Below, in pieces: positions 1-11,088 of a stretch of 64,000 nucleotides of DNA. The position numbers were made by a program, and so were the translations under genes. Source of the stretch: an uncultured Nitrospiraceae bacterium. Its GTDB lineage: Bacteria > Nitrospirota > Nitrospiria > Nitrospirales > Nitrospiraceae. Location: assembly GCA_963846575.1 (NCBI GenBank), contig CAWJWJ010000002.1, forward strand, positions 64,001-128,000, written 5' to 3'. How positions within the stretch are numbered: position 1 is the first letter of the stretch; each line of letters begins with the position of its first letter. The notes under the pieces are model-generated. The model was not told the origin of the DNA. It ran no database searches and worked only from the letters and a program-made list of their open reading frames with translations.

Positions 1-320
1 ATTCGCAGGTGGCTTTCCGCCATCCGGAACTGCGCGTAGACGGCCAACTGATGCGCGCGATGCAGTTCAAGAAAATGCTGATATTCGACGATGGCCTCGG
101 CATACTCCTCTTTGTCAAAAAAAGCCTCGCCGCGTTTCATGATCACATTCGGGTCATAGTTCTTTTCGATAGTGTCGCCGAGGAATATTTGCTCATCGGT
201 ACCGCTCACGGGCTTGCCCGAGGCAGTGCTTTTCGGCTTGCTTGAACAGCCGGCTGCCAAGAAGGACAGTGCGACAATTACAGCGAGGCCATTACACAGT
301 CCCTTCGAACGCAAAGGCAT
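1..320 (-). CDS. bamD: Outer membrane protein assembly lipoprotein BamD (N-terminal part; runs off the window edge)
   Basis: Not in the ORF track. Manual translation from ATG 320 (GAGGAG RBS upstream) gives MPLRSKG...LSFLAAGC (lipobox)...MKRGEAFFDKEEYAEAIVEYQHFLELHRAHQLAVYAQFRMAESH, a TPR-like BamD/YfiO pattern. Confidence 0.75.
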   Translation of the reverse strand, partial: MPLRSKGLCNGLAVIVALSFLAAGCSSKPKSTASGKPVSGTDEQIFLGDTIEKNYDPNVIMKRGEAFFDKEEYAEAIVEYQHFLELHRAHQLAVYAQFRMAESHLR

Positions 321-557
321 TCAACGACTCCTCAAGATCATATCGGGTGGAGGGGTAAGAGGTCGCGCGACCGGAATTTTTTTAGCAGATCAAGAGGTAA
401 AAAGCAATGAAATCAACATCTCCCTCGCGCTCGTGAGTCGACGAGTGTGGGCTTCGACAGCTGACCGCCTGGTTCAGGTCGTTGTCATCTGAGTTCTTGC
501 TTGTCCATTTGCTATGGCCCACTTTGGGGCGAACCGTCTCGAAGTGAGGGCTGGTGG

Positions 558-586
558 TTGACCCTCTGGGGCGCGGGTCCTATAAT
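558..586 (+). promoter_or_regulatory. sigma70-type promoter upstream of fabH
   Basis: TTGACC (558-563), 17 bp spacer, TATAAT (581-586). Confidence 0.7.
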
Positions 587-658
587 CGCGCCGCGGCTCA
601 TGATGCAGGGCAGCGTGTCATAGTCCGCGAACTTCAACGAGACTCCAGCAGGGACCTT

Positions 659-1651
659 GTGATCCGCAGTCGTATCGTCGGAACTGGTTCGTTTGTCCCC
701 ACTCGGACTGTCGACAACGAGGAGGTGGCAGCGCCTCTTGGGCTGAAGCCCCTTGAGATCGAGGTACTGACCGGCATACGCACAAGGCATTGGGCGGAGC
801 CGGGGCAAGCCTCCTCAGACCTCGCAGCGCTGGCAGGGCAACGGGCCTGCGCCGCGGCGGGCCTGGGTCCTGAGGCGATTGAAGCGATTGTAGTTTCGAC
901 GACCTCTCCAGACAGTGCCTTTCCTTCCACCGCCTGTCATGTTCAGCGAGCTCTGGGGGCTAAGCCGGTCATGGCTTTCGACTTATCTGCCTCCTGTTCC
1001 GGGTTTCTGTATGCGCTGTCGATGGCCGACGTTATGATCCGCAGCAAACAGATCCGCTCGTGTTTGGTCATCGCGGCAGAGATCAAGTCGCGATCCCTCA
1101 ATCTTCAGGACAAGGAAACAGCTATCCTGTTCGGCGACGGAGCGGGAGCCGTGGTGGTGGTCGGCGAGGAGAGTGTGACGTCGGATGCGCCGGGCATAGT
1201 GGGTGTGCGTCTGTACGCCGAAGGCTCGGGGCACGGCCTCATCACGATTCCGGCGGGGGGGTCACGCACGCCCAGCAGCGCAGCGGTGATTGCCGCGCAA
1301 GGACATACCTTAAAGATGCGAGGCGCCCCAGTCTTCCGAACCGCAGTGCGGCGACTGGAGCAGGCCATCGTCAACTTGTTGAAAGAGTTAGGTCTGACCG
1401 CGGGGGATGTAGCTCACGTGATCGCACATCAAGCGAATGCCAGGATTCTCGAGCAGCTGCGCCGCCGTCTGGGGCTCTCCCACGACGTGTTGTACTCGGT
1501 CATAGAATGTTATGGAAACACCTCATCGGCTTCGCTGCCCATCGCCTTGGACCATGCCGTAAGGTCCCAACGCGTCACACCGGGGGAGCTTCTCCTGCTG
1601 GGCGCGTTCGGCGGCGGTCTAACCTATGGCGCAGCTCTGGTGCGCTGGTAA
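659..1651 (+). CDS. fabH: 3-oxoacyl-ACP synthase III (FabH)
   Basis: TGIRTR, FPSTAC, catalytic Cys in ASCSGF, LFGDGAGA, HQAN, YGNTSSAS, GGGLTYG. Start moved to GTG 659, downstream of the promoter. Confidence 0.92.
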   Translation: MIRSRIVGTGSFVPTRTVDNEEVAAPLGLKPLEIEVLTGIRTRHWAEPGQASSDLAALAGQRACAAAGLGPEAIEAIVVSTTSPDSAFPSTACHVQRALGAKPVMAFDLSASCSGFLYALSMADVMIRSKQIRSCLVIAAEIKSRSLNLQDKETAILFGDGAGAVVVVGEESVTSDAPGIVGVRLYAEGSGHGLITIPAGGSRTPSSAAVIAAQGHTLKMRGAPVFRTAVRRLEQAIVNLLKELGLTAGDVAHVIAHQANARILEQLRRRLGLSHDVLYSVIECYGNTSSASLPIALDHAVRSQRVTPGELLLLGAFGGGLTYGAALVRW

Positions 1652-1683
1652 TCTCTCTCGGCTAGAAAGGACGCAGGAACGTT

Positions 1684-2301
1684 ATGTTCGGTCTCATTCC
1701 TCGGGAAGAAGCCTTTTTCGACTTGTTCAAGAACGCGGCGCACAACATGATCGAGGGGAGTCGTCTTCTGAAGGACATGATGGAAGACTTCCGGAATCCG
1801 ACTGAGAAGGCCAAGCGCATCAAGGATGTCGAGCATATCGGCGACGGGATTACCCATGAGATCGCGCGGAAACTCAACCTGACGTTTATCACCCCGATCG
1901 ATCGGGAGGACATCCATGATCTTGCGAGTGCGCTGGACGATATTTTGGATGTGGTCGAGGCGATCGCGGATCGGTTCATTCTCTACAAGGTAGCCGCACC
2001 TTCCGAGCCAGCAATTCGGCTGGCGAACGTGCTGTACCAGGCGTCGGTGGAAGTGGGCGCGACGGTAGATCTCCTCGGCAAGTCACATCCCGCGGTTATT
2101 GAATGCAGTGTCAGGGTCAATAGCCTGGAAAATGAAGCGGATCGGATCTCCCGCGACGCCATCTCGCTGTTGTTCGAAAAAGAAACGGATCCTATTGCGG
2201 TTATCAAGTGGAAAGAGATCTACGAGAATTTTGAAGCGGGAACCGATCGGTGTGAAGACGTCGCCAATATCCTTGAGCGCATCGCTCTCAAGCATACCTG
2301 A
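1684..2301 (+). CDS. DUF47 family PhoU-like Pit accessory protein
   Basis: EHIGDGITH, TFITPIDREDI, LENEAD and DRCEDVAN repeats typical of DUF47; lies directly upstream of pit. Confidence 0.9.
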   Translation: MFGLIPREEAFFDLFKNAAHNMIEGSRLLKDMMEDFRNPTEKAKRIKDVEHIGDGITHEIARKLNLTFITPIDREDIHDLASALDDILDVVEAIADRFILYKVAAPSEPAIRLANVLYQASVEVGATVDLLGKSHPAVIECSVRVNSLENEADRISRDAISLLFEKETDPIAVIKWKEIYENFEAGTDRCEDVANILERIALKHT

Positions 2302-2365
2302 GCGCCTTCCTCGTCTCGTTCGACATGCAATCCCGTCCATCGTTACAGGGTAGGAGCCGGTACTC

Positions 2366-3358
2366 ATGGCTGAACTGAGCGGGCTGTTGTTGATCGTAGT
2401 CATTCTGGCACTGCTCTTTGATTTTTCCAACGGATGGCATGACAGTGCCAATGCCATCGCGACCGTGGTTTCGACGAGAGTGGTGAGTCCGAGTATCGCG
2501 GTCTTGGTGGCAGGGGTGCTCAATGTGGCCGGTGCCTTCATGTCGACGGCAGTCGCCAAGATGGTCGGAACCGGGATTGTCGATCCCCAATCGGTCACTC
2601 AAGTGGTGGTGGCGTCGGCCTTGGCCGGCGCAATCATATGGAATTTCTTTACCTTGATGTTGGGCCTTCCCACGAGTTCCTCCCACGCGCTCATCGGAGG
2701 GCTGGTAGGCGCCGCGCTAACCCATGGCGGGACGGAGGCCGTGAAATTTTCCGGACTGCGATCCGTCCTGGAGGCAATGGTCTTGTCTCCGTTTTTCGGC
2801 TTCGCCATCGGGCTCCTCCTGATGATCGCCTTGAGTTGGATGTTTTTCCGCGTGCCGCGTGCGCTCGCGCTCCGGCTGTTCTCTCGATTGCAATTGGTCT
2901 CGGCGAGTTTTATGGCCTTCAGCCATGGGGCAAACGATGCTCAGAAAGCCATGGGCATCATCACGCTGGCGCTCGTGTCGGCTGGGGTCCTTCCAACGGC
3001 GGAGGTCCCGACATGGGTGATCGGTTCCTGCGCCCTTGCGATGGGACTTGGCACGGCTGTGGGTGGCTGGCGAATTGTGCGGACGTTGGGTATGCGAATC
3101 GTCAAGCTGGAGCCGGTGCATGGGTTCGCGGCTGAGACCGGGGCTGCGGTCGTGTTATTGGCGACGGCCCATATCGGGCTGCCCGTCAGTACGACGCACA
3201 CGATCACTTCGACGGTCATGGGCGTGGGAGCGGTCAAACGATTGTCAGCGGTACGATGGGGGGTGACGAAACGGATTCTGTCGGCCTGGCTCTTCACCCT
3301 GCCGGGGGCTGCGCTCCTCTCGACGCTCTGCTATCTGCTGCTATCACAGCTGTTGTAG
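2366..3358 (+). CDS. pit: Inorganic phosphate transporter, PiT family
   Basis: NGWHDSANAIAT, GLPTSSSH, HGANDAQK and PVSTTH signatures; polytopic hydrophobic protein. Confidence 0.93.
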   Translation: MAELSGLLLIVVILALLFDFSNGWHDSANAIATVVSTRVVSPSIAVLVAGVLNVAGAFMSTAVAKMVGTGIVDPQSVTQVVVASALAGAIIWNFFTLMLGLPTSSSHALIGGLVGAALTHGGTEAVKFSGLRSVLEAMVLSPFFGFAIGLLLMIALSWMFFRVPRALALRLFSRLQLVSASFMAFSHGANDAQKAMGIITLALVSAGVLPTAEVPTWVIGSCALAMGLGTAVGGWRIVRTLGMRIVKLEPVHGFAAETGAAVVLLATAHIGLPVSTTHTITSTVMGVGAVKRLSAVRWGVTKRILSAWLFTLPGAALLSTLCYLLLSQLL

Positions 3359-5179
3359 CCGGTTCTGAGGTGCCGGCAGATGAACCACAAATCGACTGCC
3401 CCGCGGTAGGTTACCCTCGACCCAGACGTGCCCGCTGTGGGCCTCGACGATATGTTTTACGATGGCAAGGCCGAGGCCGGTTCCTCCCAGTTCGCGTGAG
3501 CGGGCCTTATCCACCCGATAAAATCGTTCGAATACACGCGGCCGGTCTGCTTCCGGAATCCCGATTCCCGAGTCGGCCACCACAATTTCGGTCATAGGAC
3601 CGGGCGCGCTCCTCCGGCTCTGTGCGGCGGGATGAAGGCTCACCGAGATACGGCCGTGATCCGGAGTGTACTTGACGGCGTTTTCCAGCAGATTGATGAA
3701 GACCTGAACCAGGCGCTCCTCGTCTCCCTCCACCATCGACAACTCGTCCGGAAATGTAATCGCGATTTGGTGGTGTTTCTTGTCCGCAAGGGGCTTGATG
3801 ACGGCCACAGTCCTTTCCAACAGGGCGCGTAATTCCACCGGCTCGTGGCGGAACGACACCTGTCCGGACTCGATCTGCGAAAGCTGCAATAAGTCGTCCA
3901 GAATCAGATTGAGGCGGTTGCTCTGACGCATGATAATTTCCAGAAACGCCGACGCCGTAGTCGGATCGTCTTTGCCTCCGTCCATGAGTGCTTCCACATA
4001 ACCCTTGATGGAGGTAAGGGGTGTCCGCAATTCGTGGGAGACGTTCGCCACGAAATCCTTCCGAATTTTCTCCAGACGACGGAGTTCCGTCATGTCGTGA
4101 AACACAAAGACCGCACAGGCCTCCTGCTCCCGGCTGCCCCCGGCGATAGAAGCTTCGACCCGCAGGCATCGTCCGCTCGGTGAGAGGGTGATCTCGCCGC
4201 CCTGGCCCGAACGACTCTGGAGGACGGAGGCCACGATCGTATTGAGCCCTTCGTGGCGAATGAGCTCCGCATACTGGCGTCCTCGTGACTCCGTGAGCCC
4301 CAGGGAAAACATGCGTTCAAGCGCGGGATTTACCTGAACCACCGTGCCGCGATAGTCCAGCACCATGACCCCTTCGACCATCGCGATCAGCATGGCCAGG
4401 AGTTGGGCACGATCGTCAGAGACTTCCTTGATTTTTGTCTCCAACTGGTCGGTCATATCATTGAGCGTTTGCGCGAGCAGGCCGACCTCGTCCTTTGAGG
4501 AGACGACCAGTCGGACTCCGGGAGTTCCCCCGGCAAGCTGGCGGGCGGCCGCGGCCATTTCCGATAATGGCCTTGTGAGATTACGTGAGAACCAGAGGCT
4601 GAGGGCCATGGCGATGAGAAAGGCCATCCCGAACGCCGTCGCCAAGTCGCGCTCGATATGCCGCACCCGGTCCTCGATTGAGGTCAAAGGCAACCCGAGC
4701 CTGATTATCGGTATGCCTGAGTGTCGATCGAGCTCTGAAAGCAGGCGTGCGACGTAATAGGTGCGTTCACCGGTGGTCGTACTGGCCCGGATGTCCGTGC
4801 CCCGTCCCGTGGCCAGTGCCTGGACCACTTCAATCCGGGAGAGGTGGTTGTCGACGGCGGCCAGCCCCTCAGCTGGAATCGCGCTGTCGGATAGTACGGT
4901 GCCATCCTGCCCGATGAGGGTGATGCGCACCCGGGCATGCTGACTGAGTTCACGCACAGTCGCATTCAGGACAGGCGCAGAGACCGTCTGGCCGGCCTGG
5001 TCGAACAGGGGCTTGAGGGCCATGACAGCCAGGCTGGCACGGGCATCCAACGTCTCGGCGATGCGGTCGAGTTCGGTGCCTTCCACGGAGCGAATGACTA
5101 ACCAGCCTGCGGCAATGAGGCCGACAATGACGGCCGCGAGGGTGCCCAGTGCGACCTTCCAGCGGATGCCCAGACTCAT
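3344..5179 (-). CDS. phoR: Phosphate regulon sensor histidine kinase (HAMP-PAS-HisKA-HATPase)
   Basis: RKDFVANVSHELRTPLTSIKGY H-box, NLLENAVKY N-box, FERFYRVDKARSRELGGTGLGL; two TM segments; ATGA overlap with the response regulator. Confidence 0.88.
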   Translation of the reverse strand: MSLGIRWKVALGTLAAVIVGLIAAGWLVIRSVEGTELDRIAETLDARASLAVMALKPLFDQAGQTVSAPVLNATVRELSQHARVRITLIGQDGTVLSDSAIPAEGLAAVDNHLSRIEVVQALATGRGTDIRASTTTGERTYYVARLLSELDRHSGIPIIRLGLPLTSIEDRVRHIERDLATAFGMAFLIAMALSLWFSRNLTRPLSEMAAAARQLAGGTPGVRLVVSSKDEVGLLAQTLNDMTDQLETKIKEVSDDRAQLLAMLIAMVEGVMVLDYRGTVVQVNPALERMFSLGLTESRGRQYAELIRHEGLNTIVASVLQSRSGQGGEITLSPSGRCLRVEASIAGGSREQEACAVFVFHDMTELRRLEKIRKDFVANVSHELRTPLTSIKGYVEALMDGGKDDPTTASAFLEIIMRQSNRLNLILDDLLQLSQIESGQVSFRHEPVELRALLERTVAVIKPLADKKHHQIAITFPDELSMVEGDEERLVQVFINLLENAVKYTPDHGRISVSLHPAAQSRRSAPGPMTEIVVADSGIGIPEADRPRVFERFYRVDKARSRELGGTGLGLAIVKHIVEAHSGHVWVEGNLPRGSRFVVHLPAPQNRLQQL

Positions 5180-5892
5180 GCCGGTATGTCTGCTTCGCGA
5201 AGTTTGTATCCGAGGGATTTGACGGAAATGATGGCGTCATTCAAGAGCGGAAGCTTTTGTTTGAGCCGGCGCACGTGGACATCCACTGTGCGGGTCGTGC
5301 CATAGTAGTCGTAGCCCCAGGCGGCACTCAGCAGTACGTCGCGTGTGAGTACGCGACCGACATTGCGCAGCAGATGCTCCAGCAGGCCGAACTCTTTGGC
5401 CGTGAGCGGCACCTCTTGTCCTTCCAGCCGGACTTCGTGTCGAGAGAGGTCGACGGTCAAGGGGCCATAACGATAGTGTGTCTGGGGGCTATTCGCGTTC
5501 CGTTCCAAGCGCCGGAGCAGGGCCTTGACGCGCGCGACCAATGCCTTCGGGCTGAAAGGTTTCGTCACATAATCGTCGGCCCCCAGTTCGAGGCCAATGA
5601 CCGTATCGGATTCCTCCGCTTTGGCGGTCAGCATGAGGATGGGGAGGAGTGCCGTATCCGGGTTCAACCGGATGCGTTTGCAGACTTCCAGCCCGTCCAT
5701 CTCGGGCAACATCAGGTCGAGAACGATCAAGTCCGGATGCTCAGCCTTCACCTGCCGAATCCCCTCTGGACCGGTCATCGCGGACACGGTGCGAAATCCC
5801 TCTTTCTCGAGGTAGAGTTTGACGAGCTGGAGAATATCCTTCTCGTCCTCGACGATCAGAATTTTTTTGTGATTCGCTCTGGGGGGCGACAT
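5176..5892 (-). CDS. phoB: OmpR-family response regulator PhoB/PhoP
   Basis: ILIVEDE, LDLMLP, GADDYVTKPFS, RTVDVHVRRL. Start taken at ATG 5892. Confidence 0.85.
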   Translation of the reverse strand: MSPPRANHKKILIVEDEKDILQLVKLYLEKEGFRTVSAMTGPEGIRQVKAEHPDLIVLDLMLPEMDGLEVCKRIRLNPDTALLPILMLTAKAEESDTVIGLELGADDYVTKPFSPKALVARVKALLRRLERNANSPQTHYRYGPLTVDLSRHEVRLEGQEVPLTAKEFGLLEHLLRNVGRVLTRDVLLSAAWGYDYYGTTRTVDVHVRRLKQKLPLLNDAIISVKSLGYKLREADIPA

Positions 5893-6067
5893 GGCCGGAT
5901 TCTCCCATAACCACTGAGCGGCCTCAAGCCCGGCGCGTGGAGCAGGTCGAGGACGAATCTGTTGACGGCAAGGGGGGGTCTGACGTAAGGTGACCTTGTA
6001 GCGTGAAGGTACTGGCCATCCAGCAGTCTGTCTGCAGTCCAGTGGTCTGTCAGGGGAAACACCGATT

Positions 6068-7030
6068 ATGAAGATATATTTAGCCAATCCTCGCGGCTTC
6101 TGCGCGGGCGTGGACCGCGCAATCGATATTGTCGATCTCTCACTCAAAAAATATGGGGCGCCGATTTACGTGCGCCACGAGATCGTGCACAGCCGGCATG
6201 TGGTGAATTCGCTCAGGCACAAGGGTGCCGTGTTCGTGGAAGAGCTGAACGAAGTGCCGGAGGGGTCCGTGGTGATTTTTAGCGCCCACGGGGTGGCAAA
6301 GTCGGTGTGGGAAGAGGCGCAGAGCCGTCGCTTACATGTCATCGATGCCACCTGTCCGCTCGTCATCAAAGTTCACAACGAGGTCAATCGCGACTATACC
6401 CAAGGGTATGAACTGATCCTCATCGGCCATGCGGGACATCCGGAGGTGATCGGGACGTTGGGCCAGATTCCGGACAAATTCCACCTGGTGTCCTCGGTGG
6501 AGGATGTGGAGAAGTTGCATGTCGAAAAGACTCAGAATTTATCCTATGTGACCCAGACCACGTTGAGCGTTGATGAATGTCGAGACATCGTCGATGCCTT
6601 ACATCTGCGGTTTCCCAATATCAAAGGACCCCATCAGGAAGATATTTGTTATGCGACGCAGAATCGCCAGAATGCGGTGAAGTCTCTGTCGAAACTGGTG
6701 GATGTGATCCTGGTCATCGGGTCGCCGAACAGTTCGAACTCAAACCGCCTTCGCGAACTGGGCGAACACTGCGGCATTCCTTCCTACCTCATCGATGCCG
6801 CATCGGATATCAACCCGGATTGGTTAAAAGATGCCAAGAGCGTCGGACTATCAGCAGGGGCCTCGGCCCCGGAAGTGCTGGTCACCGAAGTCGTGGCCTA
6901 CTTGAAGCGCCTTGGATCGTCGGAAGAAGTCGAGGAGTTGACAGTGATCGAGGAGGATGTCGAGTTTCTCCTTCCCAAAGAACTGGTCACGATCGAATCG
7001 GCTTCGCGCGCCTCGGCCTCGGCGAACTAG
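6068..7030 (+). CDS. ispH: 4-hydroxy-3-methylbut-2-enyl diphosphate reductase
   Basis: [48 protein letters not shown]. Confidence 0.96.
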   Translation: MKIYLANPRGFCAGVDRAIDIVDLSLKKYGAPIYVRHEIVHSRHVVNSLRHKGAVFVEELNEVPEGSVVIFSAHGVAKSVWEEAQSRRLHVIDATCPLVIKVHNEVNRDYTQGYELILIGHAGHPEVIGTLGQIPDKFHLVSSVEDVEKLHVEKTQNLSYVTQTTLSVDECRDIVDALHLRFPNIKGPHQEDICYATQNRQNAVKSLSKLVDVILVIGSPNSSNSNRLRELGEHCGIPSYLIDAASDINPDWLKDAKSVGLSAGASAPEVLVTEVVAYLKRLGSSEEVEELTVIEEDVEFLLPKELVTIESASRASASAN

Positions 7031-7040
7031 GTTCGCCGAG
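7018..7040 (+). terminator. Hairpin over the ispH stop codon (possible terminator or mRNA stabiliser)
   Basis: CTCGGCGAAC-TAG-GTTCGCCGAG perfect 10 bp stem, followed a few bases later by TTTTCTCT. Confidence 0.45.
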
Positions 7041-7217
7041 CGCCGTTTTCTCTCCAGCCTCATCGTTTTCCATCCTCTCAATATGTTGTGGGATGAGGCA
7101 TGCCTTCCCCCCATATCCGGTATTTTTCTTTGCTTTGCTTTTATCCCTGTGATAGAAGATCTTCCGGTAATTCCTGGAAATCTGTCCCATCCAACCTTCT
7201 TGCTCTGGAGGTAGCCG

Positions 7218-10200
7218 GTGTATCTGAAGTCATTGGAAATGCTCGGCTTCAAATCGTTCGCAGAAGCGAAGATTCAATTCCCGAAAGGGATTACAGCCAT
7301 CGTGGGTCCAAACGGCAGCGGCAAAAGCAATGTCGTCGATTCGATCCTCTGGGTGTTGGGCGAGCAGAGTACCAAAACGCTTCGGAGCGAACGCATGGAA
7401 GACGTCATCTTCAACGGCACCGAGGTTCGTAAGCCGTTGGGGTTGGTGGAGGTCTCCCTGGTCATCGGCGGGTTGGGTGAGTTGCGGTTGGATGCGATTT
7501 CAGGGTTGCCGAGCCAACTCAGCGAGTATCAGGAACTGATGATCACCCGCCGGCTCTATCGAAACGGCGACAGTGAATACCTGATCAACAAGACCGCCTG
7601 CCGGTTGAAGGATATTCGAAACGTCTTAATCGAGACGCGAGCCGGGTCCAAAGGTCATACCGTCATCGAGCAGGGCCGGATCGAGCAGATCCTGCAGGCC
7701 TCGCCGCAAGACCGTCGGGAACTGATCGAGGAAACCGCCGGCATCGTACGATACAAAAAACAGAAGGCCGAAGCTCTCCGCAAACTCGAGTCGACCCAGC
7801 AGAACATGCTGCGTGTGCGCGACATTGTGGCAGAGGTGAAGAAGCAGCTGAATTCACTCGAACGACAGGCCCGTCAAGCCCGTACCTATCAGACCCTGCA
7901 GCAAGAAGCGCGCGGCCTGGAAATCGAGCTGTTGTCCCGCGATTACCGTACGATGCATGCTGATCTCGAAGCCGTTGATCGGGAAGCGCGCGAAGTGGAA
8001 TCCCACGAAACCGAACAGGTGACCGAGCAAGCCCGCCTGGACTCTGAACAGGAGGCGATCAGACTCCGCATGAACGATGCGGCAGAAGCCATTTCGCGCG
8101 TGCGCGAAACCCTGGCCGGCACTGAACAGCGGCAATCGCAGGCCTTGACGGCGGCGGAAGTCGAGCGGAACCGCACCGAATTGTTTGAACGGCAACGGGT
8201 CCAGGCCGCGCAGGAAATGGACCGACTGGCCTCGGATCAAGAACAGGCGAGGACGGAGATCGAGGAGCTTCGTGCGATGGTGTTGCAGTTGGAAGGAGAC
8301 ATCGTCGGGCAGGAGGAACAGTTTCAACAGCTGGATGTCGAGGCCAAAGCTCTGGCCGCACAACGTGCCGCGACGGTCGCGGAGGAAGAACGTGCTCGCC
8401 GTGACGTGTTAAACCTTGCCGTGCTCGTGGCCAATACCGAGCAGAATCTCACGCAGTTAACCACCCGCCAGCAGGAAACCGCTGCCCGGTCCGAACGTGT
8501 GTCGCGCGAGCGGCAGGCCCTGACGGAGCAGGTTGCCGCCTTGGACGAACAACGATATCTGCTCACCGCGCAAAAGGAAGAGGCCGGCCAGCGCATCCAG
8601 GGGCTCATGGTCGAACGCCAGGCGGCGATTGAGCGCATCGACGGCCTCGGTGCGCAGATCCTCGGATTGGATCGCGATATTGTCCGGCTCTCGGAAGAGG
8701 TCGCCGGAGTCGAATCGCGACTGGGTGCCCTGCAAGGCGTGGTACGCGAAGAAATGGGCTACGGCAGGGAAGGTGAAGAAGAAGGAACCGCACTCAAAAC
8801 TTGTGATGGAATTCGGGAGGCGCTGGCGGAATGGCTGGTCATCCCTCCCGGCCTGGATCGAGCAGTCGAGACGATCCTCGGGGAACGGGTGCGGGGCTGG
8901 CTGGTCGAAGAGCCCCTGGCAGCGTGCCGGGCGGTGGAATTCTTGAAAGGGAAGGACTTGGGCCGCGGGGCCTTTATCCCCCGGCAGTTACGATGGCTCT
9001 CTGATACAGCGCCTGATGCGTCGGCAACTTGGTGGACGGCCATCAACGGGCAGCCGGGAGTCGTGGGTCGTGCGATCGATCTGATCCGCGCAGAGGAGGA
9101 GTCGGCCCCCACGCTAGGATACCTCTTTGACGGCATTGTGATTGTAGAATCCTTGACCGTGGCGTTACAGCTTTGGGAGCAACACCAGTGGTCGGCACCG
9201 GCCGGTCCGACCTTCGTAACCTTGTCTGGAGAGACGCTGGACGCGGCCGGCGTGGTGACGGGCGGAGGCAACAGCGGGGGTGGTGGTTTGCTCCAGCGCC
9301 GTCGTGAGGTTCTGGAGCTGGAAGCGCGCCGGACCGGGGCCGCGCAGTCGCTCGAACAGACCAGGGTGGCACGGGACGAGGCGTCCGCCGAATTAGTGCG
9401 CATGCGCGAAGACGAACAGGGGCTTGCGAGGGCCATACGTGAAGCGGAGATGCTGGAGTTGTCGCTGCAAAAAGACGATGCGGGCGCAGAGCGCCAGCGG
9501 GGAGAACTGCATCGGCGGATGGATGTGTTGGCGGAAGAGCTGCAGCGGGGCCTGGCTGAACAAGCCAGGGTGGAGGATGAACTGCGTTCCGGTCATGCGC
9601 AACTTGCTCAATGGATGTCTGAAAAGGCCGGACAGGAAGCAGGTCTGCTTCAAGTGAGGGAGCGGCTTGGAGCGATCGAAGGCCAGAGCCTGGTGATTCA
9701 GCAGCGTTTGACCGAAGTCCGACTGTCCCTGGAGAGTATTCGTGGCAGGCGGGACCATGGCACCAATGATATCGCGCGCTTCACGCAACGCCTCGATGCG
9801 GCGCAGCAACGATCCATCGATCTGGATGAGCAAGTCGCCGGATTGGTTCAAGCCATTGAGAACAGCCGTGAGGAACAGACCAGGCAGGAAGCCTTATGCC
9901 GGGACCTCGGGGCTGAAGTCGACGGGATCAGGGCGGAGTTGGTGGCGGCTCAGGAGGCCCAGACACAGGAAATGGGCGCGCTGCATGCCGTGGAGGAGTC
10001 TCTCACCGCGGTGCGGCAGAGCTTGTCCGCACTGCACGATCGACGAATGAAAGCGGAAGTACGGAAGGCGGAGGTGAAAGCCCATCTCTCAACCATCGAG
10101 AGCACCCTCGCCGGTACCTATCAAATTGATCCGGTATCGCTGGTCGTCCTGGCGACTGATGACTCGCCAGTCGCGGAGGAGCAGGCCTCGCCGGTTTCCG

Positions 10201-10898
10201 CTTCGCTCTTGGACACGCCCCAGTTGCGGGAGCAAATTCAGAAAATCCGCGAGCGACTGGATCGAATGGGCGCGATCAACCTTGCGGCAATCGACGAGCA
10301 TCGTGAGTTGGAGGAGCGCTATCAGTTCTTGACGTCTCAGGAGCAAGATCTGTCGACATCCATCGCCTCGCTCAAGGAAATCATCCAGCGGATCAATCGG
10401 ACGACCAAGGACATGTTCATCGAGACCTTCAATGAACTGCAACAGAAGTTCCGGGACGTCTTTGCACAATTCTTTCCGGGGGGCCGCGCCGAGTTGCAAT
10501 TGGTCGAGGAGCCGCTCGAGGAAGGTGTGGAGGATAACGGGGCGCGCGAGCCCGGAGTCGAGATCGTCGCACAGCCCCCGGGAAAACGGTTGAAGAGCAT
10601 TACGATGTTGTCCGGAGGCGAAAAGACGCTGACGGCGATGGCTCTTTTGATTGCCAGCTTTCTGATCCGCCCGACTCCCTTTTGTATTCTGGACGAAATC
10701 GATGCCCCGCTCGACGAGGAGAACATCGGGCGATTCACGGCGGTCTTGCGTGGTCTTTCAGCGACGGCGCAATTCCTGGTCATCACTCACAACAAGCGAA
10801 CCATGGCGATGGCGGATTCTTTGTTCGGGGTGACGATGGAAGAGCCGGGTGTGTCCACCTTGATTTCCGTGAGGCTCGGTGATTTGCAGCCGGCTTAG
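7218..10898 (+). CDS. smc: Chromosome segregation protein SMC
   Basis: GFKSF, Walker [10 protein letters not shown], long coiled coils with hinge (GRGAFIP), LSGGEK signature, [15 protein letters not shown]. Confidence 0.96.
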   Translation: MYLKSLEMLGFKSFAEAKIQFPKGITAIVGPNGSGKSNVVDSILWVLGEQSTKTLRSERMEDVIFNGTEVRKPLGLVEVSLVIGGLGELRLDAISGLPSQLSEYQELMITRRLYRNGDSEYLINKTACRLKDIRNVLIETRAGSKGHTVIEQGRIEQILQASPQDRRELIEETAGIVRYKKQKAEALRKLESTQQNMLRVRDIVAEVKKQLNSLERQARQARTYQTLQQEARGLEIELLSRDYRTMHADLEAVDREAREVESHETEQVTEQARLDSEQEAIRLRMNDAAEAISRVRETLAGTEQRQSQALTAAEVERNRTELFERQRVQAAQEMDRLASDQEQARTEIEELRAMVLQLEGDIVGQEEQFQQLDVEAKALAAQRAATVAEEERARRDVLNLAVLVANTEQNLTQLTTRQQETAARSERVSRERQALTEQVAALDEQRYLLTAQKEEAGQRIQGLMVERQAAIERIDGLGAQILGLDRDIVRLSEEVAGVESRLGALQGVVREEMGYGREGEEEGTALKTCDGIREALAEWLVIPPGLDRAVETILGERVRGWLVEEPLAACRAVEFLKGKDLGRGAFIPRQLRWLSDTAPDASATWWTAINGQPGVVGRAIDLIRAEEESAPTLGYLFDGIVIVESLTVALQLWEQHQWSAPAGPTFVTLSGETLDAAGVVTGGGNSGGGGLLQRRREVLELEARRTGAAQSLEQTRVARDEASAELVRMREDEQGLARAIREAEMLELSLQKDDAGAERQRGELHRRMDVLAEELQRGLAEQARVEDELRSGHAQLAQWMSEKAGQEAGLLQVRERLGAIEGQSLVIQQRLTEVRLSLESIRGRRDHGTNDIARFTQRLDAAQQRSIDLDEQVAGLVQAIENSREEQTRQEALCRDLGAEVDGIRAELVAAQEAQTQEMGALHAVEESLTAVRQSLSALHDRRMKAEVRKAEVKAHLSTIESTLAGTYQIDPVSLVVLATDDSPVAEEQASPVSASLLDTPQLREQIQKIRERLDRMGAINLAAIDEHRELEERYQFLTSQEQDLSTSIASLKEIIQRINRTTKDMFIETFNELQQKFRDVFAQFFPGGRAELQLVEEPLEEGVEDNGAREPGVEIVAQPPGKRLKSITMLSGGEKTLTAMALLIASFLIRPTPFCILDEIDAPLDEENIGRFTAVLRGLSATAQFLVITHNKRTMAMADSLFGVTMEEPGVSTLISVRLGDLQPA

Positions 10899-10946
10899 CC
10901 GGTGAGCTTGGCCGGGGCTGCAGGCCCTGCGTAAGACTCTCGTTCC

Positions 10947-10975
10947 TTGACTGGGTCAGATGATTTTGTTATACA
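10947..10975 (+). promoter_or_regulatory. sigma70-type promoter upstream of shc
   Basis: TTGACT, 17 bp spacer ending in TGT, TATACA. Confidence 0.5.
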
Positions 10976-11088
10976 GATCTGCTAAGACTTACCAGTAGTA
11001 TTGTGCGGTTTCGTGTGATCACCAGCTGTTGATGGAACCATCTCGACTATCCATCCCGCCGTCTTTTTCAGACTCACGGCAACACGTT

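Noticed and set aside
480..515. Possible Pho box upstream of fabH-DUF47-pit
   Set aside because: Only one TGTCAT half-site, with no second repeat at 11 bp spacing.
554..658. N-terminal extension of FabH in the ORF track
   Set aside because: Contains a consensus promoter, and FabH homology begins at VIRSRIVGTG (GTG 659).
5893..6147. N-terminal extension of the response regulator ORF
   Set aside because: Overlaps the ispH start and the divergent intergenic region; the receiver domain starts after ATG 5892.
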